39,585 nt of DNA, taken from assembly GCA_964403735.1 (NCBI GenBank), contig CAYOHN010000002.1:1-39585 (forward strand), in the 5' to 3' direction. A program made the position numbers and the translations under genes. The notes under the pieces were generated by a model, which had not been told where the DNA came from, did not search any database, and worked only from the letters and a program-made list of their open reading frames with translations. Below, in pieces: positions 35,019-39,585 of the stretch (positions are counted from its first letter, which is position 1; each line of letters begins with the position of its first letter). Source of the DNA: an uncultured Spirochaetales bacterium. Its GTDB lineage: Bacteria > Myxococcota_A > UBA9160 > PR03.

Positions 35019-36391
35019 GCTTCGAACACGTCGTCGTCTACGAGAAGGGCGACCGCGTCGGCGGGACGTGGCGCGAGAACACCTATCCCGGCATTGCGTG
35101 CGACGTTCCCTCGCACTTCTACAGCTACTCGTTCGCGCTCCATCCCGACTGGAGCCATCGCTTCGCGCCCGGCGGGGAGATCCAGGCGTACTTCGAGGAC
35201 ATCGCCCGTCGCTACGACGTCGAGCGGCGCGTCCGCTTCGGCCGCGAGGTCGTGCGCTGCGCGTTCGAGGACGGGCGCTGGCGGCTCAGGCTCGCGGACG
35301 GCGCCACGGACGTCGCGGACTTCGTGATCGCGGCGACCGGCGTGCTCCATCACCCGAACGTGCCGGAGATCCCGGGGCTCGCGTCGTTCGAGGGCGCCGC
35401 GTTCCACAGCGCGCGCTGGGACCACGACGTCGAGCTCGCGGGGAAGCGCGTCGGCGTGGTGGGCACTGGGTCGTCGGCGATCCAGATCGTCGCGGCCGTC
35501 GTCGACGACGTCGCGCGGCTGACGCTCTTCCAGCGTACGCCGCAGTGGATCGCGCCGATGGAGAACCCCGCGTACAGCGACGCGGAGCGCGCGGGCTTCC
35601 GTCTGCATCCCGAGACGATGCAGGCAGTGCGCGACGAGATCGCGAACGCCTTCACGCATGGGTTTGCCAATGCGCTCGTCGACGCCGAGTCGCCGGTTCT
35701 CGTCGCGATCCACCAGGCCTGCGTGGCGAACCTCGAGAACAGCGTGCGCGACCCCGTGCTGCGCGAGCGGCTCCGGCCCGACTACCGCGCCACCTGCAAG
35801 CGCCTGATCCTTTCGGGCGGGTTCTACGAGGCGATCCAGCGCGACCACGCCGAACTGGTCACCGACGCAATCGAGTGCACCGAGAAGGACGGCGTGCGCA
35901 CGGCCGACGGAAGGCTCCACCCGCTCGACGTGCTGGTGCTCGCCACCGGCTTCCGCGTCTCGAACTTCGTGCGCCCGATGCAGGTCACGGGGCGCGGCGG
36001 CCTCGCGCTCGACGACGTCTGGCGGGCGGGGCCCACCGCCCACCTGGCGATCGCCGTCCCGGAGTTCCCGAACTTCTTCCTGCTGCAGGGGCCGAGCTCG
36101 CCGGTGGGGAACTTCTCGCTGATCGAGGTGGCGGAGCTCCAGGTCGGCTACATCCTGCAACTCATCGACGTGGTGCGGGCCAGCCGGGCGCGCGAGGTCG
36201 CGCCGACGGCGGAGGCCGCCCGACGCTACGAAGCGTCGCGCCGCGAGGCCGCGAAGTCGACGATCTGGGCCAGCGGCTGCCGTAGCTGGTACATCGGCCA
36301 GGACGGCCTGCCGATCGCGTGGCCGTTCCCCTTCGATCGCTTCCGCGAAGAGATGAAGTCCCCGCGCCTCGACGACTACGAGCTGTGCTGA
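34889..36391 (+). CDS. flavin-dependent (Baeyer-Villiger-type) monooxygenase
   Basis: ATG 34889 with AAGGAG 8 nt upstream (ORF 34769-36391). FAD Rossmann VAVIGAGMSG, BVMO fingerprint FEGAAFHSARWD, second Rossmann VGVVGTGSSA. Confidence 0.9.
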   Translation: MRVKTDARGVADSARSARPTDLRVAVIGAGMSGILAAIELERAGFEHVVVYEKGDRVGGTWRENTYPGIACDVPSHFYSYSFALHPDWSHRFAPGGEIQAYFEDIARRYDVERRVRFGREVVRCAFEDGRWRLRLADGATDVADFVIAATGVLHHPNVPEIPGLASFEGAAFHSARWDHDVELAGKRVGVVGTGSSAIQIVAAVVDDVARLTLFQRTPQWIAPMENPAYSDAERAGFRLHPETMQAVRDEIANAFTHGFANALVDAESPVLVAIHQACVANLENSVRDPVLRERLRPDYRATCKRLILSGGFYEAIQRDHAELVTDAIECTEKDGVRTADGRLHPLDVLVLATGFRVSNFVRPMQVTGRGGLALDDVWRAGPTAHLAIAVPEFPNFFLLQGPSSPVGNFSLIEVAELQVGYILQLIDVVRASRAREVAPTAEAARRYEASRREAAKSTIWASGCRSWYIGQDGLPIAWPFPFDRFREEMKSPRLDDYELC

Positions 36392-36400
36392 GCCGAAGAG

Positions 36401-36489
36401 CCGGGGACGTTCGTTCCGAAGTTTCGTTCCGACGAACTCGACCATGGCCGAACTCGGCGGAACGCAACTTCGGAACGAAGCGTCCCCGG
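36401..36489. repeat. palindromic repeat element, copy 1 (~89 bp)
   Basis: Arm ccggggacgttcgttccgaagtttcgttcc pairs with ggaacgcaacttcggaacgaagcgtccccgg. It starts 10 nt after the monooxygenase stop. The outer 24 nt (ggggacgttcgttccgaagtttcg) are identical to copy 2. Confidence 0.8.
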
Positions 36490-36575
36490 GCCCGAGCGGG
36501 TCGACGAACTCGGGCACCCCTCAGAGCGGCGCGTGCCCGAAACCCTCGAGAACGTGGACCCTGGACCCTGTCCGC

Positions 36576-37346
36576 TTAGTGCGCCCTCGACCGCCCTGCG
36601 CCCGCGAGTCCCGCCAGCCCGAGTCCGATCAGCAGCGCTGTCGCCGGCTCGGGGACGACCTGCACGTCCATCGCCACCGTCTCGATCCCGAAGCCTCCCG
36701 CGCCGCTCACCTGGATCGCGAAGTTGTACTCGCCGAGCGCGTTCGGATCGAAGCTCCCGGCCGGCGCGTCGAGGAACGGAGGCGCGTCGACCGCGAGGAA
36801 GCCGAAAAGGAGATTCTGCGAGTCCTCCTCGAGGGTCGAGGAAGGTCCGCCTCCGGCACCTGCCAAGAGCGACGCCGTCAGGTCGATCCGACCAAGCCCG
36901 GCGAGGGGCGTGTCGAAACCCGGATCGAAGTCATAGAAGAGGTCGATCTGGTAGTCCGAGAGGACCGGCGTCGCACCGTCCAGCCCCTCGACCCGGACGA
37001 AGTAGTTGAAGTTCCAGCGCGCGCCCGCGGTCGTGCTCTCGCCGCCGCCGCCGAAGTTGCTCCCCGGTGTCGCGAAGTAGGTTCCGGCCCCGTCGTTGGT
37101 CAGCGGCGGGTTCGAGAAGCGCTGGGTCGCCGAGAGGGCGACCGTGATCAGGTTGTCGCCGTCGACGAACTGTGAGGCCACGGCCACCTCGTCGTTCGGG
37201 ATGCCCGTCCCGCCGAAAGTCGCTTCATCGAGCGGGCCGAAGAAGTCGAAGATCGGGACGGCTCGCGCCTCGGAGGCGACCAGAGCGGCGAGCGGAGCGA
37301 CGAGTCCGCAGACGAGCGTGAACAGATGCTTCTGTATGGATCGCAT
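36576..37346 (-). CDS. PEP-CTERM sorting-domain secreted protein
   Basis: ATG 37346 inside ORF 36576-37472. Signal peptide MRSIQKHLFTLVCGLVAPLAALVASEARA. C-terminus is VVPEPATALLIGLGLAGLAGAGRSRAH. Confidence 0.85.
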   Translation of the reverse strand: MRSIQKHLFTLVCGLVAPLAALVASEARAVPIFDFFGPLDEATFGGTGIPNDEVAVASQFVDGDNLITVALSATQRFSNPPLTNDGAGTYFATPGSNFGGGGESTTAGARWNFNYFVRVEGLDGATPVLSDYQIDLFYDFDPGFDTPLAGLGRIDLTASLLAGAGGGPSSTLEEDSQNLLFGFLAVDAPPFLDAPAGSFDPNALGEYNFAIQVSGAGGFGIETVAMDVQVVPEPATALLIGLGLAGLAGAGRSRAH

Positions 37347-37605
37347 GAACGATGGTCCTCTTCCCAGCAGGGCCTCGCAGTGCCCGCCAACAGCGCGGGG
37401 GCCCGGTTTCGGTCTGGCTCCTGGAGCCATCGCTGGGAAGAGTGCCGGGAGGCTCGAACAAGCCCCCCGCAACCTTCCCAGGTGTCGAACAACCTACATG
37501 GATGGCATTCGGATCGAAGAGCGAACACATCACGATTGTCGGGAGTGGCATGAAGATGGCGTGAAGGCGGCGTCGCCGGGCTGCGAACGATCCGAACCGG
37601 GGAAA

Positions 37606-37693
37606 GGGGGGACGTTCGTTCCGAAGTTTCGATCCGCTGAACTCGGCGATTGCCGAGTCAGGCGGATCGAAACTTCGGAACGAACGTCCCCCC
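37606..37693. repeat. palindromic repeat element, copy 2 (88 bp, near-perfect ~40-bp arms)
   Basis: ggggggacgttcgttccgaagtttcgatccgctgaactcggc - gat - tgccgagtcaggcggatcgaaacttcggaacgaacgtcccccc. Confidence 0.85.
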
Positions 37694-37726
37694 TCTGCGA
37701 GGACCGAGAAAATGCGCTCGTGCTCG

Positions 37727-37985
37727 ATGCCGCTCGATCGTGCCGCGCTGATCGGCTTTGGAGGGCGTCGGACTCTCGGCGCTGCAGGAGGCGCGCATCG
37801 GGGGCGCGGGGCGGATCATCGCCGTCGACGCGCAGCTCTGGAACTTCGAGCTGGCGCGAAAGTTCGGCGCGACCGACTGCGTGGACGCGGGCGACGGCGC
37901 GGATTTCGTGTTCGCGTGCATCGGGCTCGTCCCCACTCTGCGAAGATGCGCAAAGGCGAGGCGGCGCGGCAGGTCATCTTGTTCG
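37727..37985 (+). pseudogene. zinc-type alcohol dehydrogenase fragment (cofactor-domain piece, frameshifted)
   Basis: MPLDRAALIGFGG, then an extra g, then VGLSALQEARIGGAGRIIAVDAQLWNFELARKFGATDCVDAGDGADFVFACIGLVPTL. The catalytic domain is absent. It overlaps the 3' end of the PEP-CTERM gene on the other strand. Confidence 0.45.
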
Positions 37986-39585
37986 ACTGAACCGTGAGCC
38001 CTGGCTCAGCGGTGGTCTTCGGAGCTCGGGAGCACGCCGGCCGGCCCCCCTGCGTCTCCGCGCGAGGCAGCCGATCGTCGCCAGGCTGAGGACTCCGAGC
38101 GCGAGCCCCGACGGCTCGGGGACCGCCTCGATCACGATGTCCTGACTGAGGGTGAACTCGTCCGTCTGGAGCGTCAGCTCGAAGTCCGGGTTGATGGCTC
38201 CCGTGCCCTGATAGGTGAACGGGTTCGTGTCCAAGCCGCGTTCCCACAGTATCCGATCCGCGAGCAACTTGGCGAGGAACTCGAGCGGCGGGTCCTCGTT
38301 CTCGTTGGATCTGGATCCTGCGCCCACGAGGTGGTCGATCGTGAGCATTTCATTCGTTCCGTCAGCGTTCGCATCGAATCCGGTGTCGAGGTTTTCGAAC
38401 AGAAAGTCGAAGCCGTCGTCGAGGCGCAGCGAGAAGGAGCCCAGATCTGCCAGGACCCCGTGATTCGGCAGCGCGGTCCTGGCCAGTCCCGTTCCGAAAC
38501 CCGTCAGGTTCGCTACCCCATCGAGGCTCAGCGTGGAGTTGCCAGGTACACCCCCGAAGCTCATGCCGTCGGCGGCCTCGAAGGTCGCGTGGAAGGGCGC
38601 GCCGGCGAACACCAGATCGATGCCGATGAGATCACCGTCGCCGACGTCCGGTGATCCGCCCCCCGGACTCGGTACGACGAGGACGTACGTGATTCCGGCC
38701 GTAGGTTCCAGGAGCATGACGCGGACGTGCGTAAGGATCTCGGAGAAGCCGAGACCCAGCGGCAGCGTCGCGACGCCGGAGAGTACGAAGCTCTCCACAA
38801 CGGAAGGGATCGCGACCACTCCGTCGTCCCCCACGACCCACACGTTGGCGGACACGATGTCGGTTCCGACTTGTGCGCGGACGGCTCCGTTCGCGGTTCC
38901 GTCGTCGGGGAGGTCCGGGGCCGTGAAGGTCGTCGAGGGGCCGGTCTTCGGCGAGACGCTGCCGAGGCCGGTGCTAGTGGCCCACTCCACGTTGACCGGC
39001 GTGCAGAGGTCATCCGAGGTGCCCGGGACGCCGTCCGGGCCTGGGTCGGGGTTTCCGTTCGCGTCGAGCGGGCAGTCGAAGGCAGCGAAGGTTTGCGAGC
39101 CACCAGCGCTCAGCATCACTTCGGCCGGAGTGACCGTGACGGCGCCAGAAGGCGCGGGGGCGATCACCGTCACGTCGGCCACCACAATGCTCCCGGCATC
39201 GTTGGTCACCACGACCTGCCCCGTCCCTTCGATACTTCCCGCCGGGAGCGACGCCGTCAGGGTGGAGCTCGGTCCCCTGTCGTTGTCCAGGTTTCCGATG
39301 TCGCCTGACACGGACCAAGTTGCGTCCTTCGGCGTGCAGAGGTCGTCCGAGGTGCCCGGGACGCCGTCCGGGCCCGGGTCGGGGTTTCCGTTCTCGTCGC
39401 GGGGGCAGTCGAAGGCAGCGAAGGTTTGCGAGCCACCAGAGTTCATCGTGACCGCGCTCGGCTGGATCACGTTTGGGCCCTCGGAGACGAACACGACGGC
39501 GAAAGTGTTCTCGGCCGTGAGGCTCGATTTGCCCTCGAAGTTCGTGAACGGTGTCTGCGGGACGCCGGGCGGGCAGTTCGACAGG
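37974..39585 (-). CDS. large PEP-CTERM secreted protein with tandem Ig-like repeats (5' end beyond the right edge)
   Basis: The frame is open from 39585 to the stop at 37974. Two 111-aa repeats are present (..GGSQTFAAFDCP.D.NGNPDPGPDGVPGTSDDLCTP..). C-terminal VPEPSGLALGVLSLATIGCLARRRR is followed by an unusual 24-aa Arg/Pro tail. Confidence 0.85.
   Translation of the reverse strand, partial: LSNCPPGVPQTPFTNFEGKSSLTAENTFAVVFVSEGPNVIQPSAVTMNSGGSQTFAAFDCPRDENGNPDPGPDGVPGTSDDLCTPKDATWSVSGDIGNLDNDRGPSSTLTASLPAGSIEGTGQVVVTNDAGSIVVADVTVIAPAPSGAVTVTPAEVMLSAGGSQTFAAFDCPLDANGNPDPGPDGVPGTSDDLCTPVNVEWATSTGLGSVSPKTGPSTTFTAPDLPDDGTANGAVRAQVGTDIVSANVWVVGDDGVVAIPSVVESFVLSGVATLPLGLGFSEILTHVRVMLLEPTAGITYVLVVPSPGGGSPDVGDGDLIGIDLVFAGAPFHATFEAADGMSFGGVPGNSTLSLDGVANLTGFGTGLARTALPNHGVLADLGSFSLRLDDGFDFLFENLDTGFDANADGTNEMLTIDHLVGAGSRSNENEDPPLEFLAKLLADRILWERGLDTNPFTYQGTGAINPDFELTLQTDEFTLSQDIVIEAVPEPSGLALGVLSLATIGCLARRRRGAGRRAPELRRPPLSQGSRFSRTR
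38998..39439. repeat. intragenic direct repeat, ~108 bp at 38998-39105 and 39331-39439 (period 333 bp)
   Basis: ggcgtgcagaggtc[a/g]tccgaggtgcccgggacgccgtccgggcc[t/c]gggtcggggtttccgtt...gcagtcgaaggcagcgaaggtttgcgagccaccag occurs twice. It corresponds to the duplicated Ig-like domain. Confidence 0.85.

Noticed and set aside
38998-39439. Regularly spaced direct repeats as a possible CRISPR array
   Set aside because: There are only two copies, each about 108 bp long with a period of 333 bp, inside an open reading frame. They encode a duplicated protein domain.

Overview
Very GC-rich bacterial chromosomal segment (roughly 68-70% G+C by eye, not computed). It comes from a diderm organism: Lnt, many lipobox lipoproteins, an outer-membrane beta-barrel and PEP-CTERM proteins are present. 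About 27 CDS look intact and sit in a few tightly coupled operons. (1) A pLGIC ion channel. (2) A DUF2092 / RGG+Gln-rich exoprotein / DUF4410 lipoprotein operon, divergent from an AraC regulator. (3) An OM beta-barrel + second DUF4410 lipoprotein pair. (4) A YfdX-like protein + fatty-acid cis/trans isomerase (Cti). (5) A DUF3302 + HlyD pair. (6) A two-subunit MaoC/hotdog dehydratase. (7) A bchE-like / rrf2 / bchJ-like / hemN operon with a clear promoter in an AT-rich island. (8) A DUF4143 AAA ATPase. (9) An lnt / Cys-Gly-rich exoprotein / GAF class III cyclase / double-PPC protein operon. (10) A Baeyer-Villiger-type flavin monooxygenase. (11) Two PEP-CTERM proteins. The most striking property is that almost every stretch between these operons consists of recognisable but broken gene pieces. 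There are about 20: truncations, frameshifts, a nonsense codon, an 11-bp tandem duplication and head-to-head fusions. They include four inactivated DUF1214-family loci and three copies of the 5' end of the monooxygenase. Remnants of an IS256 transposase and an integrase are also present. A pair of ~88-bp palindromic repeat elements brackets one PEP-CTERM gene. No rRNA, tRNA or CRISPR array was found. All family assignments rest on motifs recognised by eye or from memory and need HMM/BLAST confirmation.
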